A stretch of 64,000 bases of DNA, taken from Dehalococcoidia bacterium. Its GTDB lineage: Bacteria; Chloroflexota; Dehalococcoidia; DSTF01; JACRBR01. The notes beneath the pieces were generated by a model, which worked only from the letters and a program-made list of their open reading frames with translations, did no database searches and had not been told where the DNA came from. This document shows, one piece after another, positions 29,656 to 39,345 of this stretch. The stretch's first letter is position 1, and the number at the start of each line of letters is the position of its first letter. The DNA is taken from the NCBI GenBank assembly GCA_038227375.1, contig JBBRPY010000001.1:5825-69824 (forward strand), read 5' to 3'. The translations under genes and the position numbers were made by a program.

Positions 29656-31029
29656 TCACGCCTGCAACACCTCGTCGTATAGCAGCACGCGCGATGCGCC
29701 GCCCGCCTTCTGCAGCACTGCAGCCACCACGCGCTCGCGCAGGCGCGGATCGGGGATGCGGGCGATCACATCGGCAAAGAAGCCTTCGACCAGCATCTGT
29801 TCGGCAATCTTGCGCGGGATCGCGCGCGCCTCCAGGTAGAACAGCTCGTTCTCGTCTACCGGACCGACCGTGGCGCCGTGGCTGCACTTGGCGACATCAT
29901 AGGCTTCGATCTCGAGGATCGGGATCGGGGCCGCTTTCGCGTGCTCGCTCAGCAGCATGTTGCGCGATGTCTGGTTCGCCTCGCTGCCGCCAGCGCTGGG
30001 ATTGATCCGCGTGATGCCATACCAGACGAGCGATGCGCTATCGGTGAGCGCGGACTTGAACTGCAGATCGCTGATCGTGTGCTGCCCGGTGTGATTCTGC
30101 AGCGTGTTGTAGTCGAAGTGCTGCTCGGCGTTCCCGAAGGTGATGCCAAGCAGGTTTGCACGCGCGCCTGCCTCCGGCATCTCGGTGTCGATGCGCATCT
30201 TGGTCATCTTGCTGCCGATGCCGGTCGCCATCGCCAGGAACTGCGCGTCTCTGCCGACGATCGCGCGGACAGTGTTGAAGTTGTAGGTGTTGCCGCCCCA
30301 GCGGTTGACCGAGTAGTACTCGACGTGCGCGCCGTCGCCGATGTAGATCTCGACGGCGCCGCTGACGAACCCCTTCTCGGCTTGGTCCGGCGATAGCGTC
30401 TCGTCGATGAAGGTGAGCTTGCTGTTGCGCTCGGCGACGATGACCGTGTGCGGGAACAGCCCCAGGCCCGCCGCGGAGACGCCGGTCGAAAGGTGTACCG
30501 GCAGCGCCACCTCAACATCCTTCGGGACGTAGAGAAAGCAACCGCCGCTCCACAATGCCGCGTTGAGGGCGGCGTACTTCCACTCGCCCGCGGGCACGGC
30601 CCGCGAGAGATACTTCCGCACCAGATCAGGATGTTCGCGTGAGGCCGTGTGCAGGTCCTCCAGGATCACGCCTTTCGCCCGCAGCTCGCCCGCGAGCTCC
30701 GTGAACACAACGTCGGAGTCGTGCTGGAAGATGCGGCCAGCGGTGCCGGCGTCGTCCCAGGCGCTGCGCAGGCTCTCCGGCAGCGCCGCACTGCCGCTCA
30801 CTGCGGCCGACGCGCTGAGCGCCTTCAGGCCCTCGAAGGACATCGCGCGCACGTCGGTGCGCCGCCATTCTTCGTCGCTGGGGTCGGGGAACTCAAGCGC
30901 CTCGTAAAGGCACCACGCTTCGTCGCGCTGCGCCCGCAGCCACGGCGGCTCATCGCGCCGCGATGATACGCGCGCGACATCAGCTGCCGACAGGCCGGTG
31001 ATACCGGTGGTAAGGAGTTCTTGTGTCAT
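29656..31029 (-). CDS. sufD: Fe-S cluster assembly protein SufD
   Basis: Full-length SufB/SufD-family beta-helix protein, distinct from the adjacent SufB paralog. ATGA overlap with the upstream small ORF. Confidence 0.9.
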   Translation of the reverse strand: MTQELLTTGITGLSAADVARVSSRRDEPPWLRAQRDEAWCLYEALEFPDPSDEEWRRTDVRAMSFEGLKALSASAAVSGSAALPESLRSAWDDAGTAGRIFQHDSDVVFTELAGELRAKGVILEDLHTASREHPDLVRKYLSRAVPAGEWKYAALNAALWSGGCFLYVPKDVEVALPVHLSTGVSAAGLGLFPHTVIVAERNSKLTFIDETLSPDQAEKGFVSGAVEIYIGDGAHVEYYSVNRWGGNTYNFNTVRAIVGRDAQFLAMATGIGSKMTKMRIDTEMPEAGARANLLGITFGNAEQHFDYNTLQNHTGQHTISDLQFKSALTDSASLVWYGITRINPSAGGSEANQTSRNMLLSEHAKAAPIPILEIEAYDVAKCSHGATVGPVDENELFYLEARAIPRKIAEQMLVEGFFADVIARIPDPRLRERVVAAVLQKAGGASRVLLYDEVLQA

Positions 31030-31283
31030 TTCGTGATCTTCGCTCGCTGATCATCAAGTGGTTGGCTGTAGCGGCGACCGCTGCGATCATCAATGTCGCC
31101 AATGAGAGCTTGCAGTTCCTTGATCAGAGTGGTCGCCTCTTCGACGGAGATACCTACCCGCGTGTCGAAGTCTGCGCACGAGAGCAATAACCGCGCCTCA
31201 TTGAGGCCGTTGCGGAGGGCATCAAGGTCGTCCACCGATAACGTCACGGTCGCACCCTCGGCATCGAAACTGAGCACGTTCAT
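31026..31283 (-). CDS. Small acidic hypothetical protein (85-94 aa) inserted between sufB and sufD
   Basis: ATGA coupling to the upstream small ORF (using the MNVLSF start) and to sufD downstream. Acidic sequence (LSVDDLDALRNGLNEARLL...); no family recognised. Confidence 0.5.
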   Translation of the reverse strand: MNVLSFDAEGATVTLSVDDLDALRNGLNEARLLLSCADFDTRVGISVEEATTLIKELQALIGDIDDRSGRRYSQPLDDQRAKITK

Positions 31284-31591
31284 CGGGCAGCCTCCTCCGG
31301 ATATCCCCATTCAGCAAAATACGCCTCACCGGATGGAAACGCTGTTCCGCCATCTTCGTCGCGCGGATTTACCAGCACTGCTATGCCGACGCCGGCGTCC
31401 CAGTAGAGCGTTCGATGTCTGTAGCGCTTCGCGCGGCCTTCAGTGGTCACGTGCTGTATCATGCCCGCCAATTCATCGACCAGCACGTGCTCGAAGTGGC
31501 TTGAACGCGCGTGGCCTTGCGCGATGCGCTTCGCCAGTTCGCTTGGCTCCCATTCGGGTACCGCTGGTGGAGCTTCATCGTCATCCGGCAA
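31280..31591 (-). CDS. Small His/Arg-rich hypothetical protein (103 aa) inserted between sufB and sufD
   Basis: Begins 2 nt after the sufB stop. SHFEHVLVDE...RAKRYRHRTLYWDAG. No family recognised; any resemblance to small RNase toxins is speculative. Confidence 0.5.
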   Translation of the reverse strand: MPDDDEAPPAVPEWEPSELAKRIAQGHARSSHFEHVLVDELAGMIQHVTTEGRAKRYRHRTLYWDAGVGIAVLVNPRDEDGGTAFPSGEAYFAEWGYPEEAAR

Positions 31592-31593
31592 AC

Positions 31594-33063
31594 TTACCCA
31601 ACGGCGCCTTCCATCTGGAGCTCGATCAGGCGGTTGAGCTCGACGGCGTACTCCATCGGCAGCTCTTTCACGATCGGCTCCACGAAGCCGTTGACGATCA
31701 TCTTCGTCGCGTCCACCTCACTCAGGCCGCGGCTTTGCAGGTAGAAGAGCTGGTCCTCGCCGACGCGCGAGACCGAGGCCTCGTGGCCGATCGTCACCTG
31801 CTCCTCCTCGATCTCCATCAGCGGGTAGGTGTCGGAGCGGGACTCCTTGTCGATGAGCAGCGCATCGCAGCGCACCGTCGCGCGCGAGTTCTTCGCGCCC
31901 GGATAGACCTTTAGCGCGCCGCGATAGCTCGTCCGGCCGCTGCCGCGCGACACCGACTTCGAGATGATCGTGGAGGTCGTGTCGGGCGCCGCGTGGACGA
32001 TCTTCGCGCCGGCGTCCTGGTGCTGGCCGTTCGACGCCATCGCCAGCGAGAGTACCTCGCCGTGCGCGCCGGGCTCCATCAGGTAGACGCTGGGGTACTT
32101 CATCGTCAAACGTGACCCAAGGTTGCCGTCGACCCACTCCATCACCGCGTTCTCGTACGCGGCGGCGCGCTTCGTCACGAGGTTGTAGACGTTGGTGGAC
32201 CAGTTCTGGATCGTCGTGTAGCGCACGCGCGCGTTCTTCTTGACGACGATCTCGACGACGGCGCTGTGCAGCGCGTCGGTGGAGTACGTCGGCGCCGTGC
32301 AGCCTTCGACGTAATGAACGTAGCTGCCCTCTTCGGCGATGATCAGCGTCCGCTCGAACTGCCCCATGTTCTCTTTGTTGATGCGGAAGTACGCCTGCAG
32401 GGGGATGTCCACCTTCACGCCGGCGGGCACGTAGACGAAGCTGCCCCCCGACCACACCGCGCTGTTTAGCGCGGCGAACTTGTTGTCCGCCGGCGGGATG
32501 ATCGTCCCGAAGTACTTCTGGAAGATCTCCGGATAGTCGCGCACGGCGCTGTCGGTATCGGTGAAGATGACGCCGAGCTTCTCGAGGTCTTCGCGGATGC
32601 TGTGGTAGACGACCTCGGAGTCGTACTGTGCGCCCACGCCCGCAATTAGCGACTTCTTCTCGGCTTCCGGAATGCCGAGCTTGTCGAAGGTGTCCTTGAT
32701 GTACTCCGGCACGTCCGACCAATCCTGTTCGGAGCGGTCAGACGCGCGCGCGAAGTAGTAGATGTCGTTGAAGTCGAGGTTATAGTTCTGGATGCTGCCG
32801 CCCCAGAATCCCGTCGGCATCGGCTTCTGCAAGAAGTGCTGGTACGAGCGCAAGCGGAAGTCGGTCATCCACTGTGGCTCATTCTTCACGCGCGAGATCT
32901 CGCGGACGATGTCCTCGCTCAGGCCCTTTTCGGTGCGGTACGAATACGTAGCGTTGTCGTTGTCGTTGAACCCGAACTTATAGCTGTCCTGCTCGGCGAG
33001 CTGCGGCGTAATCTTGGCGACCATCCTATGCCTTCTCTCCAGCGCCCGCGAGGACGGGCGCAT
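31594..33063 (-). CDS. sufB: Fe-S cluster assembly protein SufB
   Basis: Full-length SufB similarity (489 aa). Confidence 0.95.
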   Translation of the reverse strand: MRPSSRALERRHRMVAKITPQLAEQDSYKFGFNDNDNATYSYRTEKGLSEDIVREISRVKNEPQWMTDFRLRSYQHFLQKPMPTGFWGGSIQNYNLDFNDIYYFARASDRSEQDWSDVPEYIKDTFDKLGIPEAEKKSLIAGVGAQYDSEVVYHSIREDLEKLGVIFTDTDSAVRDYPEIFQKYFGTIIPPADNKFAALNSAVWSGGSFVYVPAGVKVDIPLQAYFRINKENMGQFERTLIIAEEGSYVHYVEGCTAPTYSTDALHSAVVEIVVKKNARVRYTTIQNWSTNVYNLVTKRAAAYENAVMEWVDGNLGSRLTMKYPSVYLMEPGAHGEVLSLAMASNGQHQDAGAKIVHAAPDTTSTIISKSVSRGSGRTSYRGALKVYPGAKNSRATVRCDALLIDKESRSDTYPLMEIEEEQVTIGHEASVSRVGEDQLFYLQSRGLSEVDATKMIVNGFVEPIVKELPMEYAVELNRLIELQMEGAVG

Positions 33064-33808
33064 ACTTCGCGATGATCGGGTCGTAGCCCTGATCCTCGAG
33101 CTGGAGTGCCAACTCCGGACCGCCGGACTCGATGATCTTCCCCTGATAGAGGATGTGCACGAACTGCGGCTTGATGTAGTTCAGCAGGCGCTGGTAGTGC
33201 GTGATCAAGACGACACCGAGCTTTGGCGTCGTCAGTGCGTTCACACCCTCCGCGACCGTGCGCAGCGCATCGATGTCGAGGCCGGAGTCGGTCTCGTCCA
33301 TCACCGCGAGGTCGGGGTCGAGGATGCCCATCTGTAGGATCTCGGCGCGCTTCTTCTCGCCACCGGAGAAGCCTTCATTGACATAGCGGCGGGCGAACTG
33401 CTCGTCCATCTTCAGCAGCTTCATCGTCGCGAGCAGCTTCTCGCGGAACTCGCGGACGGGCACGTCTTCCCCGCGCACAGCCTTCATCGCCTGGCGCAGA
33501 AAGTTCACCATCGTCACGCCGTTGATGCTGGTCGGGTACTGAAACGCCAAGAAGATGCCCCGCTGCGCGCGCTGGTCCGGCGTCAGCTTGAGGATGTCTT
33601 CGCCCTTGAAGCGCACGCTGCCGCCCGTCACCGTGTAGCGCGGGTGCCCCATCAGCGCGTTGGCGAGCGTGCTCTTGCCGGAGCCATTCGGCCCCATGAT
33701 CGCGTGCACTTCCCCGCGGTCCACCGTCAGGTCAACGCCGTTAAGGATTTGCTTGCCTTCGACGGCCACGGTCAGGCCGCGAATCTCCAATAGTGTGTCT
33801 TCTGCCAT
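33026..33808 (-). CDS. sufC: Fe-S cluster assembly ATPase SufC
   Basis: Walker [13 protein letters not shown] signature FSGGEKKR, Walker [13 protein letters not shown]. Confidence 0.95.
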   Translation of the reverse strand: MAEDTLLEIRGLTVAVEGKQILNGVDLTVDRGEVHAIMGPNGSGKSTLANALMGHPRYTVTGGSVRFKGEDILKLTPDQRAQRGIFLAFQYPTSINGVTMVNFLRQAMKAVRGEDVPVREFREKLLATMKLLKMDEQFARRYVNEGFSGGEKKRAEILQMGILDPDLAVMDETDSGLDIDALRTVAEGVNALTTPKLGVVLITHYQRLLNYIKPQFVHILYQGKIIESGGPELALQLEDQGYDPIIAKYAPVLAGAGEKA

Positions 33809-33887
33809 CCGTCCCTCTACTCTCGCGCCCGTCGCGGGCGATTCGGCTCGTTGTGCTGGTGCGTCGGCCTGCGCCGCCGACCGTGCG

Positions 33888-34547
33888 TTACGCAGGCAGC
33901 GTTTCTTCCTGGGGTTGCGCGACCTCGCGCACGATGTACTCGCACATCGGTTTGCCGTCGATCACTCGGCTGACCTGCTCGACCGGGGCGCCCACCAGCA
34001 TCTCGACGACGCGGTGGTCGGCGTGGCACGGCGCCGCGGATGCCTCGGCGGCCTTCCGGTACGGGCACGAGGTGTTCATCAGGTGAAAACCATCCTCGTC
34101 CTTGCGCCAGTGGTCGACGATACCTTCGTCCTTGAGGGCGGCGCTCGTCTCCGCCACGCGCGCCTCGACCGTGGCCCCGGTGACCTGCATGCGATGAGCG
34201 CCGGCGATGTCCTCAGCGACGCCATCGAAGATCTGCGAGATCAGGTGCTGGCCTTCCGCCGCCTGCGCCCCCGGAAGCGAGGCGAGGCGCCGGAACATCC
34301 GGTCGACGAGGCGCGGGTAGTGCGCGCTCAGTTCTTCCGCGCGCTCGGTCAGGCGGTACACGTAGGAGGGGCGGCCGATCTCATGCCGCTGGATGCGGAC
34401 ATCGACCAGCCCCTCGGCGCGCATCACCTCCAGGTGGCGGCGGATGTTCGCGGCGTTCAGCCTCAGCTCCGACGTTATGTCAGCTACGGTAGCTTCGCCG
34501 CGCGCCGCCAGCACGTCGCGCATAAGATCGCGGGTCGACTTCATCAC
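33888..34547 (-). CDS. sufR: SufR-type transcriptional repressor of the suf operon (wHTH + C-terminal Cys cluster)
   Basis: N-terminal ArsR/DeoR-like wHTH ([21 protein letters not shown]). C-terminal cysteines (CPYRK, APCHADH, CEY) are positioned as in the [4Fe-4S] SufR of cyanobacteria and actinobacteria. First gene of the operon. Confidence 0.7.
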   Translation of the reverse strand: MMKSTRDLMRDVLAARGEATVADITSELRLNAANIRRHLEVMRAEGLVDVRIQRHEIGRPSYVYRLTERAEELSAHYPRLVDRMFRRLASLPGAQAAEGQHLISQIFDGVAEDIAGAHRMQVTGATVEARVAETSAALKDEGIVDHWRKDEDGFHLMNTSCPYRKAAEASAAPCHADHRVVEMLVGAPVEQVSRVIDGKPMCEYIVREVAQPQEETLPA

Positions 34548-34600
34548 ACTCGATCGTACCGAGTGCGGAAGCTACTATCAAGGGTAAACCGAATTAAAAC

Positions 34601-34625
34601 GCACTTATTGCGATAAATATTGTGC
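34601..34625. promoter_or_regulatory. AT-rich imperfect palindrome GCACTTATTGCGATAAATATTGTGC in the sufR upstream region; candidate SufR operator or promoter
   Basis: GCAC...GTGC ends with an internal TTATTGCGATAA near-palindrome. This is the only AT-rich patch between rplY and sufR. Confidence 0.3.
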
Positions 34626-34661
34626 TCCGCGTCACGAAGCACTGGCGCTGCGCTCTGCGTC

Positions 34662-35324
34662 CTAACTCCCGGGCGCTGCCGGTGGAGCGCCGGCGGCGGG
34701 CGCGGCAGCGGCCGCCGCGGCGGCCTCGTCGGTCGGGACGGCAGCGGTCTCCTCGGTGGCGACGCGCGGCGTAGCGACGCGGGCGACCACGACCTCAGGA
34801 TCGGTCATCAGCGTCACCTTCGACTCGTCGATCTCCAGATCGCGCACGTGAATGGCGCCCTCGAGCTGCGTGATGGCGCTGACATCGGCGACGAACTGCG
34901 TCGGGATGTCCCCCGGGAACGCCTCGACACTGATCGATTCGAGCGTCTGCAAGAGCACGCCGCCGAAAGTGGCAACCGCATCGGACGTGCCCGTGAGCAC
35001 GACGCGCACCTCGGCGCGCATCTTCTCAGTCATGCTGATCTGGTAGAAGTCGACGTGCAGGATCTGCGTCGAGACCGGGTCGCGGGAGATTTGGCGAATG
35101 ACGACGCTTCGCGGCGCCGCTTCGCCCTCGACTTTCAGGCTGAGGATGGCGTTTCGCGTCATGCCCTTGAGGAGATGGGTCAGCTCGACCGTGTCGGCCT
35201 GCACGGAGGTCGATTCAATCTTGTGGCCGAAGACGTTCGCGGGCGTGACGCCGCCGCGTCGCAGCGCGGCCACCTTCTTGCCAAGAACCATCCTCGGCGC
35301 TACCTGCAGCTCGCTATTCGCCAT
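34662..35324 (-). CDS. rplY: 50S ribosomal protein L25 / general stress protein Ctc
   Basis: N-terminal L25 beta-barrel (KKVAALRRGGVTPANVFG) plus the Ctc-type C-terminal extension. Confidence 0.9.
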   Translation of the reverse strand: MANSELQVAPRMVLGKKVAALRRGGVTPANVFGHKIESTSVQADTVELTHLLKGMTRNAILSLKVEGEAAPRSVVIRQISRDPVSTQILHVDFYQISMTEKMRAEVRVVLTGTSDAVATFGGVLLQTLESISVEAFPGDIPTQFVADVSAITQLEGAIHVRDLEIDESKVTLMTDPEVVVARVATPRVATEETAAVPTDEAAAAAAAAPAAGAPPAAPGS

Positions 35325-35633
35325 CTTGTCCTCTATGTTCCGCTAGCAGCCCCGGGGCCTTCAGCCTCAATCCGTCCTGATGCGAACGTCCGCCCTTCCT
35401 CCCCGCCCGGCGCAGCACCAGCCAGAATGGTGGCTTACGAAGACACCGGAAGGGTTGTGGTGGAATGGCGAGCGCGCCACGAGAGCGTAGCAGAGCGGCA
35501 CCGCCCCGAGCAACCGCGCTCGATCCAGTGTTGCTGGTTGGAGACCGGAAGCTGGAGGCTGGAACGTCCGACGGCGTCGCTCGCAGCGGCGGCTCGCCGT
35601 TGAGGCGCGGAGCGCGACTCTCTTGTACCCCCG

Positions 35634-35657
35634 TCCAACATCCAACATCTAACATCG
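35634..35657. promoter_or_regulatory. Heptamer triplet CCAACAT CCAACAT CTAACAT about 45-70 nt upstream of yceD
   Basis: Read directly from the sequence. Same motif family as 26645-26712 and 59158-59182. Confidence 0.35.
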
Positions 35658-35702
35658 AGAGTGCTACTCTGGAAGGGCATCTCCCCTGAGAGGAGCGCCG
35701 CC

Positions 35703-36218
35703 ATGCAATTCAACGTTTCGTCGCTGCTTCGGGAGCATACGGGCGCCGTCCGGCACTACGACATCGACGATGACCTGTTGGTCGAGGGTGCGGTGCATCG
35801 CGTCGCTGGCCACGTGCGATTCGACCGCACGCCCCGCGGCATCCTCGTCCGCGCCGGCATGGCGGGCTCGACCAGCGACGACTGCAGCCGCTGCCTGAAG
35901 CCGCTGACCTACGACGTCGCGATCGACATTCAGGAGGAGTACTTCCCGCTGATCGACATCGACAATGGCGTGCGCTTCGAGCTGGCCGCGGGCGAAGACG
36001 CCGACTCCTATCGTATCGACGAGCACCACATGATCGACCTGGCGATCCCGGCGGAGGAGTACTGGCTCATCGCGCGGCCGATGGCGCCCGTCTGCGACGA
36101 AGCGTGCCGGGGGCTCTGCGGGCACTGCGGCGCCGAGCTTGGCGGCGACCCCCACGTGTGCGCCGCGGACCTCGCCGACGCGCGCTGGTCGAAGCTCGCT
36201 AACTTGAAGTTGGGGTGA
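35703..36218 (+). CDS. yceD: YceD/DUF177 family protein (large-subunit rRNA maturation factor, rpmF partner)
   Basis: DUF177 Cys motifs (CSRCLKP...CRGLCGHCG). Conserved position upstream of rpmF. ATG 35703 has a GAGGAG RBS. Confidence 0.8.
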   Translation: MQFNVSSLLREHTGAVRHYDIDDDLLVEGAVHRVAGHVRFDRTPRGILVRAGMAGSTSDDCSRCLKPLTYDVAIDIQEEYFPLIDIDNGVRFELAAGEDADSYRIDEHHMIDLAIPAEEYWLIARPMAPVCDEACRGLCGHCGAELGGDPHVCAADLADARWSKLANLKLG

Positions 36219-36237
36219 GCCGCCGGCCGGCGCCGTG

Positions 36238-36302
36238 GGCTTCACCCTCTCCACGGCGAGTCTGCGACCGCCGTTCGGGCCCCTCTCCCACAAGGGGAGA
36301 GC
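36238..36302. repeat. Intergenic repeat element, same family (copy c), between yceD and rpmF
   Basis: ggcttcaccctctccacggcgagtctgcgaccgccgttcgggcccctctcccacaaggggagagcc, with a terminal CTCTCCC/GGGAGAG hairpin. Confidence 0.6.
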
Positions 36303-36418
36303 CGATCACTCGTCGCATCTTCGCCCAGCGTCCAGCCTCCAGCCGCCAACGCCCACCCGCTCGTCTTCGCGGGGGAGGTCTGTTAGACTTCGCGCTGACA
36401 TCAGAAGGGAGCCGTCCG

Positions 36419-36616
36419 TTGCCACCACTGCCGAAACGCAAGTATCCGAAGGCACGCCAGGGCAAGCGGCGCAGCCATCTCGCCCTCAAGCCCACCCAGC
36501 TCAACCGTTGCCCGCAGTGCCGCAATCTGCGCCTGCCGCACACGGCGTGCCCGACCTGCGGCTTCTACAAGCGCGCATCCGCGGTCGCCGTCAAGGGACC
36601 GAAGGCCTCCGAGTAG
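36419..36616 (+). CDS. rpmF: 50S ribosomal protein L32
   Basis: TTG start with a GAAGGGAG RBS. PPLPKRKYPKARQGKRRSHLALKP...CPQCRNLRLPHTACPTCGFY matches the L32 zinc-ribbon family. Confidence 0.8.
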   Translation: MPPLPKRKYPKARQGKRRSHLALKPTQLNRCPQCRNLRLPHTACPTCGFYKRASAVAVKGPKASE

Positions 36617-36661
36617 TGCGGACCGGAGCTGCCTCCGCCGCCCCCGGCGAGCTCCACCATC

Positions 36662-37576
36662 GTGCCTGATCCCTCAACCGCGTGGGTATTCCCCGGCCAG
36701 GGTTCCCAGGAAGTGGGAATGGGCCGCGACCTCTACGAGGCCTCCGCTGTTGCGCGCGACCTCTATAACGCCGCCGATGCCGCGCTTGGGCGGCCGATCG
36801 CGAGGCTCTGCTTCGAGGGGCCCGCGGACGAGCTGAGTAGGACTACCAACGCCCAACCCGCGCTGTACGTCACCAGCCTCGCCTGCCTGAAGGTCGCGCG
36901 GGAGACGGGTGCGCTCGCCGCCGACCCGGCGTTCGTCTCGGGCCACAGCCTCGGCGAATACAGCGCGCTGACCGCCGCCGGCGCCCTCGATTTCGAGCAC
37001 GGTATCCGGCTCGTTGAGGAGCGCGGGCGGCTGACGCAGGCAGCGGCCGACGCGACGCCGGGACGCATGGCGGCGATCCTGGGGCTGGACGAAGCCGCCG
37101 TCGAAGCTGTCTGCGCCGAATCCGGCACCGAGCTCTGCAACATCAACTCTCCGGGCCAGATCGCCATCGGCGGCGCGACGGATGCGATTGCGACGGCTTG
37201 CGCGCTGGCGCTCGAACGCGGCGCAAGGCGGGCGATCCCGCTGGACGTCGGCGGCGCCTTCCACACATCGCTGATGCGGCCCGCCGTCGCGGGGATGAAA
37301 GACGCAGTCGCGGCAGCGCAGATCGGCGACGCGACGGTGCCGGTCGTCGCGAACAACACGGCCGAGCCGATGTCCGACGCGGTGACGATTATGGACGAGC
37401 TGACGTATCAGCTCACGCATCCAGTGCGCTGGGTCCAGTGCGTCGAATACATGGCGGCGCACGGCGTCACGACCTTCGTCGAAATCGGGCCCGGACGCGT
37501 GCTCACTGGCCTGATCAAGCGCATTGCACCGCAGGCGCAGTTGCGCAACATCAGCGGCGTGGCGGCGGTCCAATAG
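36662..37576 (+). CDS. fabD: Malonyl-CoA:ACP transacylase
   Basis: WVFPGQGSQ and the active-site GHSLGEYSAL. Confidence 0.95.
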   Translation: MPDPSTAWVFPGQGSQEVGMGRDLYEASAVARDLYNAADAALGRPIARLCFEGPADELSRTTNAQPALYVTSLACLKVARETGALAADPAFVSGHSLGEYSALTAAGALDFEHGIRLVEERGRLTQAAADATPGRMAAILGLDEAAVEAVCAESGTELCNINSPGQIAIGGATDAIATACALALERGARRAIPLDVGGAFHTSLMRPAVAGMKDAVAAAQIGDATVPVVANNTAEPMSDAVTIMDELTYQLTHPVRWVQCVEYMAAHGVTTFVEIGPGRVLTGLIKRIAPQAQLRNISGVAAVQ

Positions 37577-37632
37577 CGTCCTGGCAGGCGCGCAGAAAGA
37601 CATGCGAGCAGTGCCTATGGTAATCATTAGGC

Positions 37633-38388
37633 ATGGATAGGCTCTTCGATCTCAGCGGCAAAGTGGCGCTGGTGACGGGCGGGTCGCGCGGCATTGGCCG
37701 CGCGATTTCGCTGGCGCTCGCAGCACACGGCGCAAAGGTCGCGATCAACTACGCGTCGAACGCTGCCGCTGCGGCCGACGCGGTGCTGGCCGCCGGCGGC
37801 GACGGCGCCGCTATCGCTGTGGCGGGGGATGTCGGCGCAGCGGGCGTCGGCGCCCAACTGGTGGATGCGACGATCGCGGAATTCGGCCGGATTGATATTC
37901 TGGTGAACAACGCCGGGGTGACGGCCGACGGCCTGATCCTCCGGATGTCGGACGACGATTGGGACCGCGTGATCGATACGAACCTGAAGGGCACGTTCCA
38001 CGTGACGAAGGCGGCGGTCCGGCCGATGGTGCGCCAGCGCTGGGGCAGGATCATCTCCGTCAGCAGCGTTGCCGGCATGGTGGGGAACGCCGGTCAGGCA
38101 AACTACTCGGCGGCGAAGGCGGGCATCATTGGCTTCACCAAGGCGATTGCGAAGGAAGTCGCGTCGCGCAACATCACGGCGAACATCATCGCGCCGGGAT
38201 TCATCGATACCGAGATGACGGCCGGGCTGACGGACGCACAGCGTGAAGAGATCATGCGGATGGTCGCCACCGGCCGGACCGGCAGGCCCGAAGATGTCGC
38301 GCCAGCGGCGGTATTCCTCGCGTCCGATGAGGCGGCGTACGTTACGGGACATGTTTTGACCGTGGACGGTGGACTGGTGATGCACTGA
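37633..38388 (+). CDS. fabG: 3-oxoacyl-ACP reductase
   Basis: SDR TGGSRGIG cofactor motif and the catalytic YSAAK. Confidence 0.9.
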   Translation: MDRLFDLSGKVALVTGGSRGIGRAISLALAAHGAKVAINYASNAAAAADAVLAAGGDGAAIAVAGDVGAAGVGAQLVDATIAEFGRIDILVNNAGVTADGLILRMSDDDWDRVIDTNLKGTFHVTKAAVRPMVRQRWGRIISVSSVAGMVGNAGQANYSAAKAGIIGFTKAIAKEVASRNITANIIAPGFIDTEMTAGLTDAQREEIMRMVATGRTGRPEDVAPAAVFLASDEAAYVTGHVLTVDGGLVMH

Positions 38389-38801
38389 TGGCTGCCAACC
38401 CGCGCCGCAAGGCACGCATCGCGGCGATGCAGGCGCTCTACGAGGGCGATGTTTCGCCGCACGAGCCGTTGGCGTCGGTCGAACGCCTGGCGTCCGACGA
38501 GGCGCTCACGGACGCCCAGCGCAGCTTCGCGCGCGAGCTCGTCGAAGGGGTGCTGGCGCAGCGGGACGAGATCGACGCGATCATCTACCGGGCGGCTCCG
38601 CAATGGCCGGTGGCGCAGCTCAGCGCCATCGACAGGAATATCCTTCGTCTTGCGATACATGAGATCCTGATGAATAATGGGGCGCCGATTCGGGTGGCCA
38701 TCAACGAGGCCGTCGAACTCGCGAAAGTCTTTGGAAGCGATAATTCCGCCAGGTTCGTCAACGGTGTCCTGGGCGCGGTCAGCCTGTCACTCGCACCCTA
38801 G
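38388..38801 (+). CDS. nusB: Transcription antitermination factor NusB
   Basis: [11 protein letters not shown]...[10 protein letters not shown]...NGVLGAV matches NusB. TGATG overlap with fabG. Confidence 0.85.
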   Translation: MAANPRRKARIAAMQALYEGDVSPHEPLASVERLASDEALTDAQRSFARELVEGVLAQRDEIDAIIYRAAPQWPVAQLSAIDRNILRLAIHEILMNNGAPIRVAINEAVELAKVFGSDNSARFVNGVLGAVSLSLAP

Positions 38802-38848
38802 TTCAACCATGCATACCCGTCCGGCGCGGCCGAAAAGAGGAGAAACCT

Positions 38849-39109
38849 GTGGCAACTGTGTTCGAACGGATACGCAAGATCATCGTCGACCAGCTTGGAG
38901 TCGAAGAGGATCAGGTCGTACCCAGCGCGTCCTTCGTCGATGACCTCAACGCCGATTCGCTGGACCTTGTTGAGCTGATCATGTCCATGGAAGAGGAGTT
39001 CAGCAAGGACGGCAAGACGCTGGAGATCTCCGACGAGGATGCTGAGAAGATCGCGACGGTGCAGGATGCGGTGGATTACCTGAAGGATCTCGGCGTCGAA
39101 GACGAATAG
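38849..39109 (+). CDS. acpP: Acyl carrier protein
   Basis: Phosphopantetheine attachment motif [13 protein letters not shown]. Confidence 0.95.
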   Translation: MATVFERIRKIIVDQLGVEEDQVVPSASFVDDLNADSLDLVELIMSMEEEFSKDGKTLEISDEDAEKIATVQDAVDYLKDLGVEDE

Positions 39110-39136
39110 ACCGCAGCGTCCAGAGCCGGTCTAGCA

Positions 39137-39176
39137 GCGCCGGTCGCCGATGGGCGACCGGCGCATTTGTTGTGTG
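39137..39176 (+). terminator. Rho-independent terminator after acpP
   Basis: GCGCCGGTCGCC-GATG-GGCGACCGGCGC stem-loop followed by ATTTGTTGTGTG. Confidence 0.6.
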
Positions 39177-39345
39177 AGCGAGCAAGGGGCTGCGCGCCAG
39201 CCTCTGTCAAGAACCTGCGACCTGGGGAATCTGACGACAACATTCTTCCCAAGACGTTACATTTCGACGCGCGCGAGCGGCTCCGCCTTGGGGACAACTG
39301 GCGTACACTCTTCTTCGAACCCCGCTTGCCCGCGAAGGAACGACC

